Shown piece by piece: positions 38,735-50,567 of a DNA stretch of 64,000 nt; within the stretch, counting starts at the first letter, position 1, and every line of letters starts with the position of its first letter. The stretch comes from Macrostomum hystrix. Its lineage: Eukaryota > Animalia > Platyhelminthes. The position numbers were made by a program, and so were the translations under genes. The notes beneath the pieces are model-generated. The model saw nothing but the letters and a program-made list of their open reading frames with translations, did not search any database and was not told where the DNA came from. Where the stretch lies: contig CATNEN010000038.1 in the NCBI GenBank assembly GCA_950097015.1, positions 10,912,001 through 10,976,000 of the forward strand, in the 5' to 3' direction.

Positions 38735-41700
38735 AATTGATTTTCTTCCGAACGGCTCAACCGATTTTCACCATTTCTTCACCAAAAGATGCTAAATATG
38801 GGGACAATTGTACACGTATTTTTATTAAGCTTAACTTTATTGCTAAGGGGATTAAATATTCGAAAAACATGATTTTTCAAAGGTCAAATTCAAAGGTCAA
38901 ACCACTCACTGCCACTGAATTAGAATTGCATCGTCAAATTGCGCAACAACCCCTAGCTGATTGAATTTGAAGCCTGCACTCTGGAGACAAATTGGAAATA
39001 AATGTACACAACCAACCGCGAGACTGAGTGTACTCTATTTTCTTACTTCATTGTACAAAGCCAGAACTTTGAGAATTCATTTTATAAGGCTGATTTCTGC
39101 ACCCACTAACCAACAGTCGGAATAGCCGATGTGTTAGGCACTAGGAATAAGTTAGGCTAGGCTAGGGTTCGATTCTGCACTGCGTCAAATCATTTAGACT
39201 AATTTTCAGCCAGTAGTGATTGAAGATTATTTTGATTTATTTTTTTCATTTCGTAAATAAAATATCATAAATCATAGCAAACCTGAATTTGAATCATGGC
39301 AAAAATAGAGCTTGAATCATGGCTAAACCAGCGTCTGAATCATGGCTAAACCAGAGTCTGAATCATTGCTAAACCAGAGTTTGAATCATGGCTAAACCAG
39401 AGTTTGAATCATGGCTAAACCAGAGTTTGAATCATGGCTAAACCAGAGTTTGAATCATGGCTAAACCAGAGTCTGAATCATGGCTAAACCAGAGTTTGAA
39501 TCATGGCTAAACCAGAGTCTGAATCATGGCTTAACCAGAGTTTGAATCATGGCTAAACCAGAGTTTGAATCATGGCTAAACCAGAGTCTGAATCATGGCT
39601 AAACCAGCGTCTGAATCATGGCTAAACCAGAGTTTGAATCATGGCTAAACCAGAGTCTGAATCATGGCTTAACTAGAGTTTGAATCATGGCTAAACCAGA
39701 GTCTGAATCATGGCTAAACCAGCGTCTGAATCATGGCTAAAGCAGAGTTTGAATCATGGCTAAACCAGAGTCTGAATCATGGCTTAACCAGAGTTTGAAT
39801 CATGGCTAAACCAGAGTTTGAATCATGGCTAAACCAGAGTTTGAATCATGGCTAAACCAGAGTTTGAATCATGGCTAAACCAGAGTTTGAGTCATGGCTA
39901 AACCAGAGTCTGAATCATGGCTAAACCAACGTTTGAATCATGGCTAACCTAGAGTCTGAATCATGGCTAAACCATAGTCTGAATCATTGCTAAAATAGAG
40001 TCTGAATCATGGCTAAACCAGAGTCTGAATCATGGCTAAACCAGAGTCTGAATCATGGCTAGACTAGAGTCTGAATCATGGCTAAACCAGAGTCTGAATC
40101 ATGGCTAAACTAGAGTCTGAATCATGGCTAAACCAGAGTTTGAACCATGGCTAAACCAGAGTTTGAATCATGGCTAAACCAGCGTCTGAATCATGGCTAA
40201 ACCAGCGTCTGAATCATGGCTAAACCAGAGTTTGAATCATGGCTAAACCAGAGTTTGAATATTGGCAACACCAGAGTTTGAATCATGGCTAAACCAGCGT
40301 CTGAATCATGGCTAAACCAGAGTTTGAATCATGGCTAAACCAGAGACTAAATCATGGCTAAACCATCATCATCAGCATGGCTAAACTAGAGTTTGAATCA
40401 TGGCTAAACCATCATCATCAGCATGGCTAAACTAGAGTTTGAATCATGGCTAAACCAGAGTTTGAATAATGGCTACACCAGAGTTTGAATCATGGCTAAA
40501 CCAGATCTTGAATCATGGCTAAACTAGAGTTTGAATCATGGCTAAACCAGAGTCTGAATCATGGCTAAACCAGAGTCTGAATCATTGCTAAACCAGAGTT
40601 TGAATCATGGCTAAACCAGAGTTTGAATCATGGCTAAACCAGAGTTTGAATCATGGCTAAACCAGAGTTTGAATCATGGCTAAACCAGAGTCTGAATCAT
40701 GGCTAAACCAGAGTTTGAATCATGGCTAAACCAGAGTCTGAATCATGGCTTAACCAGAGTTTGAATCATGGCTAAACCAGAGTTTGAATCATGGCTAAAC
40801 CAGAGTCTGAATCATGGCTAAACCAGCGTCTGAATCATGGCTAAACCAGAGTTTGAATCATGGCTAAACCAGAGTCTGAATCATGGCTTAACTAGAGTTT
40901 GAATCATGGCTAAACCAGCGTCTGAATCATGGCTAAAGCAGAGTTTGAATCATGGCTAAACCAGAGTTTGAATCATGGCTAAACCAGAGTTTGAATCATG
41001 GCTAAAGCAGACTTTAAATCATCACAGCGTCTGAATCATAGCCCACCAGGGTTTAAAACATGGCGAAACCTGAGTTTGAATCTTGGCTAACCCAGCGTTT
41101 GAAAAATCAACGTCAACTGGGGAGTCATCATCAAAATGGGGATCAAGGTAAACTGGGGGATAATCGTCAACTGGTGGATCTTGGTAAACTGGGGGATAAT
41201 TGTCAACTGGGGAATAATCATCAAATGGGGGATCATGGTCAACTTGGGGATCATTGTCAACTGGGGGATCATTGTCAACTGGGGGATCATTCTCAACTGG
41301 GGGATCATGGTCAACTTGGGGATCATTGTCAACTGGGGGATCTTTGTCAACTGGGGGATCATTGTCAACTGGGGGATCATTGTCAACTTGGGGATCATTG
41401 TCAACTGGGGGATCGTTGTCAACTGGGGGTTCATTGTCAACTGGGGGATCATTGTCAACTGGGGGATCATTGTCAACTGGGGGATCATCATCAACTGGGG
41501 GATCATTGTCAACTGGGGGGAATTGTGTTCAACTGGGGGATCATTGTCAACTGGGGGATCATTGTCAACTGGGGGATCATTGTCAACTGGGGGATCATTG
41601 TCAACTGGGGGAACATTGTTAACTGGAGGAACATTTTTAACTGGGGATCATCATCAATGGGGAGACTTCATCAACTGGGGGATCACTGTGAACTGGGGGA

Positions 41701-42808
41701 TCTTTGTTAACTGGGGGCTCATTGTCAACTGGGGGATCATTCTCAACTGGGGGATCATTGTCAACTGGGTGATCATTCTCAACTGGGGGATCATGGTCAA
41801 CTTGGGGATCATTGTCAACTGGGGGATCTTTGTCAACTGGGGGATCATTGTCAACTGGGGGATCATTGTCAACTTGGGGATCATTGTCAACTGGGGGATC
41901 GTTGTCAACTGGGGGTTCATTGTCAACTGGGGGATCATTGTCAACTGGGGGATCATTGTCAACTGGGGGATCATCATCAACTGGGGGATCATTGTCAACT
42001 GGGGGAACATTGTTAACTGGAGGAACATTTTTAACTGGGGATCATCATCAATGGGGAGACTTCATCAACTGGGGGATCACTGTGAACTGGGGGATCTTTG
42101 TTAACTGGGGGCTCATTGTCAACTGGGGGATCATTCTCAACTGGGGGATCATTGTCAACTGGGTGATCATTCTCAACTGGGGGATCATTGTCAACTGGGG
42201 GATCATTGTCAACTGGGGGGAAATGTGTTCAACTGGGGGACCATCATCAACTGGGGGATCATCATCAACCGGCGGGATCATTGTCAACTGGGGGATCATT
42301 GTCAACTGGGGGATCATTGTCAACTTGGGGATCATTGTCAACTGGGGGATCATTGTCAACTGGGGGATCATTCTCAACTGGGGGATCATTGTCAACTGGG
42401 GGATCATTGTCAACTGGGGGGAATTGTGTTCAACTGGGGGATCATTGTCAACTGGGGGATCATTGTCAACTGGGGATCATTGTCAACTGGGGGATCATTG
42501 TCAACTGGGGGATCATTGTCAACTGGGGGATCATTGTCAACTGGGGGAACATTGTCAACTGGAGGAACATTTTTAACTGGGGATCATCATCAATGAGGAG
42601 ACTTCATCAACTGGGGGATCGTTGTCAACTGGGGGTTCATTGTCAACTGGGGGTTCATTGTCAACTGGGGGATAATTGTCAACTGGGGGATCATTGTCAA
42701 CTGGGGGTTCATTGTAGCTTTAAAAAGCTGTAAATTCAGCTGCTAAAAAGTATATACTAGACGAATTAAAAGTATTTCTGCTCCCCGAAGGGGGGCAAAA
42801 CTTGCTAG
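38683..42808 (+). mobile_element. Helitron family B copy 5 (last unit of the array)
   Basis: 5' TCCACTATAC; 23-bp array ~39277-41102, 18-bp array ~41108-42716; ends CTAG followed by T. Confidence 0.9.
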
Positions 42809-43924
42809 TTTTTATAGCTGAAATTTCACGGACATAATAACGCAGAGTAGTTCTTAACTTTCAAGAGCTACATGCATGCTTTACTACGAGTAAATGCTAT
42901 ATAACAGTGCTAATGAAATTTTACTTTCACCTTAGTTTTACAGCTTATAAAAATGAGCGCTTTTACAGTTGGACCGACTGACGACTGTCAAGCTAATGTA
43001 AAAAAATACATTACGCAAACCAAAAACGATGGTCAGATATATAGAATCAATGTGTTATACTTTATACGAATCAAACGGTACGTTACAGAAAAGACGAAAA
43101 TACTGAGTGCTTGAAAATTTAAAACAGCTGAAACCTGTGAACAGTACCCGTGACGTTAAATGCAGAAAAATGTTGCATGAATTTCACATAAGTATGAATA
43201 ATTGCTTAGTGCCACGACAGAGATATTTTTTCGCATGACACTGACTGAATTTTTCTAAACATTAGAATTTCATAAAACAAGATTGTGTAATGGGTTTTTA
43301 TGAAGTGTTCGCGGAAACTTTTTTTACATTGCATCACATAATTCATTTGGGACTTAGCATTTCAGTGGATTGCTGTTTGCACATGCATTGCACTTTGCCT
43401 ATCTGTGACGTCTCTAGCAGCTTCAACCCTGTGGAATAACATTAGCAGCTTTGCGAAGAAATGGATTTTATGTTGATCACAAACATAATACAGCCAGCCA
43501 GCGAATGATTTTGATGCGGCGTTAGGAGAATTTATTCGACTTGGGGAGTGGACTCAGTAAAAAAAGAATGCCCTAAGCATAAAAACGTCCTGAGTGTACT
43601 GTCAGTGTTTGATAGTCCAAGAACCCCATTCCATCATTCATTTTTGTGCGACGCGATGAATCCTCGCCGAGTTGAGCCACGCAGCTTTTTTGTTAATCCC
43701 CACGCAATCCAGATCCTGAGAACTGGCGCGAGAGCGGCTTCACCTTTCCTTGCGAAATAATAATTTAGACTCTTTGTCGGCCCTTCAGCTGTGTCCAAGA
43801 GAGAGGATTAATAACAACAGTCCCGAGTGCAGAACCCTATAATACTATAAATCATACATAATACAGCATAGCTCTCAGAATTTCACTATATATATATGAG
43901 CTCATTATAGAAAAGAAACGTTTT

Positions 43925-44528
43925 TAGTAGGCAGCGGAGTTTCTGAGTAGACATTAGACTTTCTGAGTAGATTAGTGGAGTTTCTGAGTAGACATTAGAC
44001 TTTCTGTGTAGACAGTGCATTTTCTGAGTAGACAGTGAATTTTCTGGGTAGATTAGTGGAGTTTCTGAGTAGATTAGTGGAGTTTCTGAGTAGATTAGTG
44101 GAGTTTCTGAGTAGATTAGTGGAGTTTCTGAGTAGATTAGTGGAGTTTCTGAGTAGATTAGTGGAGTTTCTGAGTAGATTAGTGGAGTTTCTGAGTAGAT
44201 TAGTGGAGTTTCTGAGTAGACAGTGGAGTTTTACAGTATAGACAGTGGAGTTTCTGAGTGGATAGTCGAGTTTCTGAGTAGACAGTGGAGTTTCTGAGTG
44301 GACAGTGGAGTTTCTGAGTAGACAGTGGAGTTTCTGAGTAGACAGTGGAGTTTCTGAGTAGACAGTGGAGTTTTTGAGTAGACAGTGGAGTTTCTGAGTG
44401 GATAGTCGAGTTTCTGAGTAGACAGTGGAGTTTCTGAGTAGACAGGGGAGTTTCTGAGTAGACAGTGAAGTTTTTGAGTAGACAGTGGGGTTTCTGAGTA
44501 GACAGTGGAGTTTCTGAGTAGGCAGTGG
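43925..44528. repeat. 20/21-bp minisatellite
   Basis: Units gagtttctgagtagacagtg and gagtttctgagtagattagtg. Confidence 0.95.
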
Positions 44529-44995
44529 AGGATCCGGCTGAGCAGTGTGTTTTCTGCGTAGACAAAAGGAGGCCTATGAGTTGACGACGAAGTATATGAG
44601 CATCCTGCAATGGTTGTTGAGCAGAAGGTGAGTTTTAATGTGGGTGGAAGTTAGCTTGTTTGCGCTTTAACATTATCTGCAGGAACAGCGTACAGGTCTT
44701 TCGCATTAGAAGTTCGCACAGTAAAGATTCTCATTAGGGTCCACTTTTTTCTCAATCATTTCTCAATGCTTCCTCAAGTCAAACTGTTTCAAAGTAGAGC
44801 AGAATTGACTTTTCCAAAATTATTTCTCTGGTTTAGTGAAGCCCACTTCCACAACCGTGGAAGCTTGATCTCGAGGCGTCTCTTATATTTGCATATTATC
44901 GTCTCGGCATCGAACGCAATGAAATAAAAAAGCAGGTAAATTTCTGCTCATCTAGGACCGATTCGATTGATAAAAATTAATTCAGACACTTTCTC

Positions 44996-47900
44996 ATGGC
45001 CAGCTCAGGCTCAGCTGGTAAGAAGGCAACGCCAGCAGCCAGCAACAGCCAAAAATTAGGCCATCACAGTCAGCAGCCTCAGCAGCAGCAGCCTCAGCAG
45101 CAGCAGCAGCAGCAGCAGCCAGCAGATGAGGAGCCAATCCGATCCATCTTTGCCTACGGCTCCTGGATCTGGAAGCCGCACTGCCGCTACAAAGACCTGG
45201 CAGTGGGAGTAGCTCTGGGCTTCTCTCGTCAGCTCTACCAGGGCTCGCAGCGGGACTACGGCTCACCTGGCTGGGTTGGTTTAGCTGCCTTCAATGCATT
45301 CTGTCAGTTTTATAGACTGCTCTGTTTCTCGCACCGAGGGTACCTGTGGGGGATGGCAGACCGGTTTAACGCGATTGCCTCTCGCACCAAGGACCCTGAG
45401 CTCGATTCCGCGGCGAGGCCACATTCATTTGGGGCGCAGCCGCGGAGAGAAGGCTTGGGGGATTGTCGTGCAATTTACAACCATAAGTGCCGACCTCCAA
45501 GGCTCAGTGAGAGTGTACACTGCCTGATGATGAGAAAGTCAGGGCAGATGTACACACCTGCGTGAGCGTGTGCCTGCGTACAGTATCTGTGTGCGTGTGT
45601 GCTCAGGAGTCAGCGAAATGGGCAGAATTGCCTCCTCGCTGGCTGCTGGTCTAGTGTCACCAAATGATGCGCCATTGCCCGCAGCCCTCCCTTAGAACAG
45701 TGAGCACTGCATGACCAAGGGATCAATTGGAGTTGGACGGGAAACTACATTTCGTAGAAAAAGTTTAGGAGGCTGGCTTTTGTCAAAGAAATATTTCTGT
45801 GGAGATTTTTTTCGCATTTTCGACCCAATTTAGTGACTGCTTGATCTGAGGCTGCTCAAAGGCTTAGCATTTGATATTAGTTTCCTCATTAATAGCTTCA
45901 TCGATTTCTTTCAAGCTTTATTTTTGAGAACATCGATTTTTCTCCCCTGTGCCTAAAAATACTTTTAGCTCCTGAAACAGTCAAAGCATTTGAAGATTAG
46001 TTATTTGTTTTCTCCATTCTCTGATGAGTAAATAAAATCATTAACTACTACTTAAGCCTTCACTTAAACTTAAACTTAAACTTTCTGTCTCCTAAACTAA
46101 TTGAAAATAAACCCTTCTCATTTCCCATCCTTCCACTCCTAGTGGTCATTGTGGCTAATTGCTATGAAAAAAAATGTCTAAGCGTGCTTTCGCATTGAGC
46201 ATTGGACTTCAGACAAATAGGTCGCGAGTTCGAATTCCATAAAGCCATAATTCCATAATTCCATAATTCCATAATTCGAGAATTCCATAATTCGAGAATT
46301 CCATAATTCGAGAATTCCATAATTCGAGAATTCCATAATTCCATAATTCGAGAATTCCATAATTCCATAATTCCATAATTCCATAATTCCATAATTCGAG
46401 AATTTCAGGCTGCGTACGGCTGTTCAGTCCATGGACTGGGGGACGCCACACCCACCCTCAATTAACCCAGCCGATGCTGGTATCCATTTAACAGCTGGGT
46501 GAACTGAACCAATGCAGTGTTAAGTGGCTTGCTAAAGGACACAAGTTGTTCCAGTTGAGTCGTTCCGCTGAGCACACACTCACACAGGGCATTATATCGT
46601 CAGGCTGTGTACACTTTCACAGTGCCCTGGAGGTTGAATCTCAAGGGCGTAAATTGCACGACAAGCACGCAAGCCTTCTATCCGGGGCTGCGCGCCCCAA
46701 ATGAATGTGGCTTGTCACGGAATCGAGCTCAGGGACCTTGGTGAGGGTTGCAAACGCGTTAGACCGCTCTGCTACTCACCCCCACCCCCTATCAATATAG
46801 CTCGTACAAGGAAAAAAATCTGTCTAAAAAACAGCCCACGATATATAGATTATTCTATGGCCAAAGCCCAAATCAACTCCCACAGCCCGGTCGCATAGCA
46901 ACCATCGTTGCTAGCCCGGACTCGGGCGTACTTGGCTGCCTCTACCATCTCAGCCGTAGGCACGCCGCGACCGACTTGGCTAGCGCAGATGCTTACCACG
47001 CGGCTCGAGGCTATTATCGAACTCAACTGGTGGTTGAGAACTGCTCAACTGCGCGCCAGGAGACCTGCTGGGTGTACGTTGCTAAGAAGGGCGATGGAAA
47101 CCCGTTTTGGCTAGGCAAAGCCGAGTACAATGAGATCGCTGTTCAGGTTGGTTGCCTCTCTCACCAGTCAGTCAGTGGGTTGGTTGCCTCTCTCACCAGT
47201 CAGTGGGTTGGTTGCCTCTCTCACCAGTCAGTCAGTGGGTTGGTTGCCTCTCTCACCAGTCAGTCAGCGGGTTGGTTGCCTCTCTCACCAGTCAGTCAGT
47301 GGGTTGGTTGCCTCTCTCACCAGTCAGTCAGTGGGTTGGTTGCCTCTCTCACCAGTCAGTCAGTGGGTTGGTTGCCTCTCTCACCAGTCAGTCAGTGGGT
47401 TGGTTGCCTCTCTCACCAGTCAGTCAGTGGGTTGGTTGCCTCTCTCACCAGTCAGTCAGTGGGTTGGTTGCCTCTCTCACCAGTCAGTCAGTAGGTTGGT
47501 TGCCTCTCTCACCAGTCAGTCAGTGGGTTGGTACATTGCTTCTCTCACCAGTCAGTCAGTGGGTTGGTTGCCTCTCTCACCAGTCAGTCAGTAGGTTGGT
47601 TGCCTCTCTCACCAGTCAGTTAGTGGGTTGGTTGCCTCTCTCACCAGTCAGTCAGTAGGTTGGTTGCCTCTCTCACCAGTCAGTCAGTGGGTTGGTTGCC
47701 TCTCTCACCAGTCAGTCAGTAGGTTGGTTGCCTAAAAGCCATTTCCAACCTCTACACCAACAAACAGGTGTCCCAAGCCAAGGGCAGTCACGGCGAAAAC
47801 CTTGAATACGTTCGCCGTATTGTTGACTTCGTCCGGCTTCAAGCTCGCGGCGTCGTCGACCGCGACCTGGACACCAAGCGAGTGCTCCGGCTGGCAGCCC

Positions 47901-48253
47901 CGATGGCAGCTTCAGCCACCGAGCAGCCGCAGCAGCAGCAGCATCGGCCAGACTTGCTCAACGCTGAGAAGCCTGCCGCGGACAAATCCACCGTGTTCCT
48001 CGTGCGCGAAGTAATGCTCAGCCAACTAGCCGGCGAGGCCGCTCAACGCAGCCGGTCAGCGTCCGTGGCCTCAGACGATCTGTTCCCGCGGATTAACGAA
48101 CTCAAATTGGAGTCCGACAGACAGACAGCCGACCCCAAATCTAAGAAGCTAAAGAAAAGAGAGGAAAAGCTAGATAAGAATATGAAGAAGGGAGAGAAGA
48201 AGATTAAGAAAGGGGAGAGGAAGGAAGCCAGGAAAAAATATTATAAACGTTAA
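44996..48253 (+). CDS. chac: ChaC-like glutathione-specific gamma-glutamylcyclotransferase homologue, divergent active site, about 341 aa
   Basis: Exons 44996-45274, 46886-47146, 47768-48253 (phase-0 GT-AG introns). Motifs IFAYGSWIWKP, GFSRQLYQG, PGRIATIV, YVA..NPFWLG and QVSQAKGSHGENLEYV match the ChaC family layout. A possible extra 5' coding exon at 44596-44627 splices in frame to 44986 and adds MSILQWLLSRRHFL. Confidence 0.82.
45350..45690 (+). mobile_element. tRNA-derived SINE family 1 copy in ChaC intron 1
   Basis: A-box TGGCAGACCGG and degenerate B-box GAGCTCGATTCC; body shared with four other copies in the window. Confidence 0.8.
46230..46404. repeat. 8/16-bp simple repeat (ttccataa / ttcgagaa)
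   Basis: Direct inspection. Confidence 0.9.
46408..46560 (-). mobile_element. SINE family 2 fragment
   Basis: Matches 3070-3200 (cagtccatggactgggggacgc...taacagctgggtgaac). Confidence 0.7.
46567..46785 (-). mobile_element. SINE family 1 5' part, inverted relative to the 45350 copy
   Basis: Reverse complement of the tRNA-like head and of the ccacattcatttggggcgc body. Confidence 0.75.
47147..47733 (+). repeat. 32-bp minisatellite forming almost all of ChaC intron 2
   Basis: Unit gttggttgcctctctcaccagtcagtcagtgg begins exactly at the splice donor. Confidence 0.95.
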
Positions 48254-48304
48254 CCACCGTTTATAGCTACGACGTAATTTGAGTATTCCTAGAAATTTTG
48301 TCTC

Positions 48305-49157
48305 AAATTGGGGATTGTTGAGTACAGGAAATGATTGGTAGCTCAAGTTGGGGATTGTTGAGTACAGGAAATGATTGGTAGCTCAAGTTGGGGATTGTTG
48401 AGTACAGGAAATGATTGGTAGCTCAAGTTGGGGATTGTTGAGTACAGGAAATGATTGGTAGCTCAAGTTGGGGATTGTTGAGTACAGGAAATGATTGGTA
48501 GCTCAAGTTGGGGATTGTTGAGTACAGGAAATGATTGGTAGCTAAAGTTGGGGATTGTTGAGTACAGGAAATGATTGGTAGCTAAAGTTGGGGATTGTTG
48601 AGTACAGGAAATGGTTGGTACAGCTCAAGTTGGGGATTGTTGAGTACAGGAAATGATTGGTAGCTCAAGTTGGGGATTGTTGAGTACAGGAAATGATTGG
48701 TAGCTAAAGTTGGGGATTGTTGAGTACAGGAAATGATTGGTAGCTCAAGTTGGGGATTATTGAGTACAGGGAATGGTTGGTACAGCTCAAGTTGGGGATT
48801 GTTGAGTACAGGAAATGATTGGTAGCTCAAGTTGGGGATTGTTGAGTACAGGGAATGTTTGGTAGCTCAAGTTGGGGATTATTGAGTACAGGGAATGGTT
48901 GGTACAGCTCAAGTTGGGGATTGTTGAGTACAGGGAATGGTTGGTACAGCTCAAGTTGGGGATTGTTGAGTACCGGGAATGGTTGGTACAGCTCAAGTTG
49001 GGGATTATTGAGTACAGGGAATCGTTGGTAACTCAAGTTGGGGATTGTTGAGTACAGGGAATGGTTGGTAGCTCAAGTTGGGGATTGTTGAGTACAGGGA
49101 ATGGTTGGTACAGCTCAAGTTGAGATTGTTGAGTACAGGGAATGGTTGGTAGCTCAA
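48305..49157. repeat. 40-bp minisatellite (with 42-bp variant)
   Basis: Unit ggggattgttgagtacaggaaatgattggtagctcaagtt. Confidence 0.95.
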
Positions 49158-49262
49158 AAACAATAGTATCAATAAATTAGTGCCTTTAAAGGCCATAAAA
49201 TACAAAATACAAACAATTTGGCAAGTGTCTCTTGTGAGATTAGAAAGAGATAAATAATGAAA

Positions 49263-50212
49263 GATCTGGTACAATCAGCAACAGTCATCCGGTACAATCA
49301 GAAACAGTCATCTGGTACAATCAGCAACAGTCATCCGGTACAATCAGCAACAGTCATCTGGTACAATCAGCAACAGTCATCTGGTACAATCAGCAACAGT
49401 CATCTGGTACAATCAGCAACAGTCATCTGGTACAATCAGCAACAGTCATCTGGTACAATCAGCAACAGTCATCTGGTACAATCAGCAACAGTCATCTGGT
49501 ACAATCAGCAACAGTCATCTGGTACAATCAGCAACAGTCATCTGGTACAATCAGCAACAGTCATCTGGTACAATCAGCAACAGTCATCTGGTACAATCAG
49601 CAACAGTCATCTGGTACAATCAGCAACAGTCATCCGGTACAATCAGAAACAGTCATCTGGTACAATCAGCAACAGTCATCCGGTACAATCAGCAACAGTC
49701 ATCTGGTACAATCAGCAACAGTCATCTGGTACAATCAGCAACAGTCATCTGGTACAATCAGCAACAGTCATCTGGTACAATCAGCAACAGTCATCTGGTA
49801 CAATCAGCAACAGTCATCTGGTACAATCAGCAACAGTCATCTGGTACAATCAGCAACAGTCATCTGGTACAATCAGCAACAGTCATCTGGTACAATCAGC
49901 AACAGTCATCTGGTACAATCAGCAACAGTCATCTGGTACAATCAGCAACAGTCATCTGGTACAATCAGCAACAGTCATCTGGTACAATCAGCAACAGTCA
50001 TCTGGTACAATCAGCAACAGTCATCTGGTACAATCAGCAACAGTCATCTGGTACAATCAGCAACAGTCATCCAGTACAATCAGCAACAGTCATCTGGTAC
50101 AATCAGCAACAGTCATCTGGTACAATCAGCAACAGTCATCTGGTACAATCAGCAACAGTCATCTGGTACAATCAGCAACAGTCATCTGGTACAATCAGCA
50201 ACAGTCATCTGG
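49263..50212. repeat. 23-bp minisatellite
   Basis: Unit ctggtacaatcagcaacagtcat, about 41 near-perfect copies. Confidence 0.96.
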
Positions 50213-50567
50213 CCTTAAAACACATTTAGGCCTTTATAACATGCTGAGTAGTTTTTTCATTGGGAGAGAGTTTAAAAGTTTTAAGCTATCTTCCTGTTGA
50301 GTAATTTTGTTCTGCTAATAGCAGGAGAATTATCGAAAAACATACTTTATTAAATGTAAAACTTTTTAGAAAACTGTCACACAAAAAGATTTCCGATTCT
50401 GTATTTGAATTTTTTCATTTAATGGTTTGTCAGCCCATGCAGAAAGTATTTTGTGCTGCATCTTCCAATTTTGTAAGTGGAGAGGCCGATTTCTATGGTT
50501 TCTGACTGTGAAATTTTCACAGGGGATTTGGCGAAGCGAGAGATTGAGAAAGGGAGGAATAATGATG

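Larger units (their letters stand above)
11794..42808 (+). mobile_element. 31-kb head-to-tail array of non-autonomous Helitrons (families A and B)
   Basis: Units start 5'-TC (TCTAATATAC and variants), and complete units end hairpin + CTAG-3'. The array is preceded by A (11793) and followed by T (42809) with no TSD. No Rep/helicase ORF. Confidence 0.92.

Noticed and set aside
17876-42733. Many long ORFs (LGDHCQ, NWGIIV, STGGSL, MIPQLT repeats)
   Set aside because: They are translations of the 18-bp minisatellite, open in several frames on both strands with frequent frameshifts.
11794-42808. CRISPR-like array, LTR elements or rDNA/5S repeat
   Set aside because: No unique spacers, no TG..CA ends or TSDs, and no rRNA similarity; the termini are Helitron-type.
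46230-46404. Heat-shock element array
   Set aside because: TTCGAGAA gives only two inverted nGAAn units; the third is missing.
46890-46902. X-box-like GTCGCATAGCAAC
   Set aside because: It lies in ChaC coding sequence (PGRIAT) and is explained by protein constraint.
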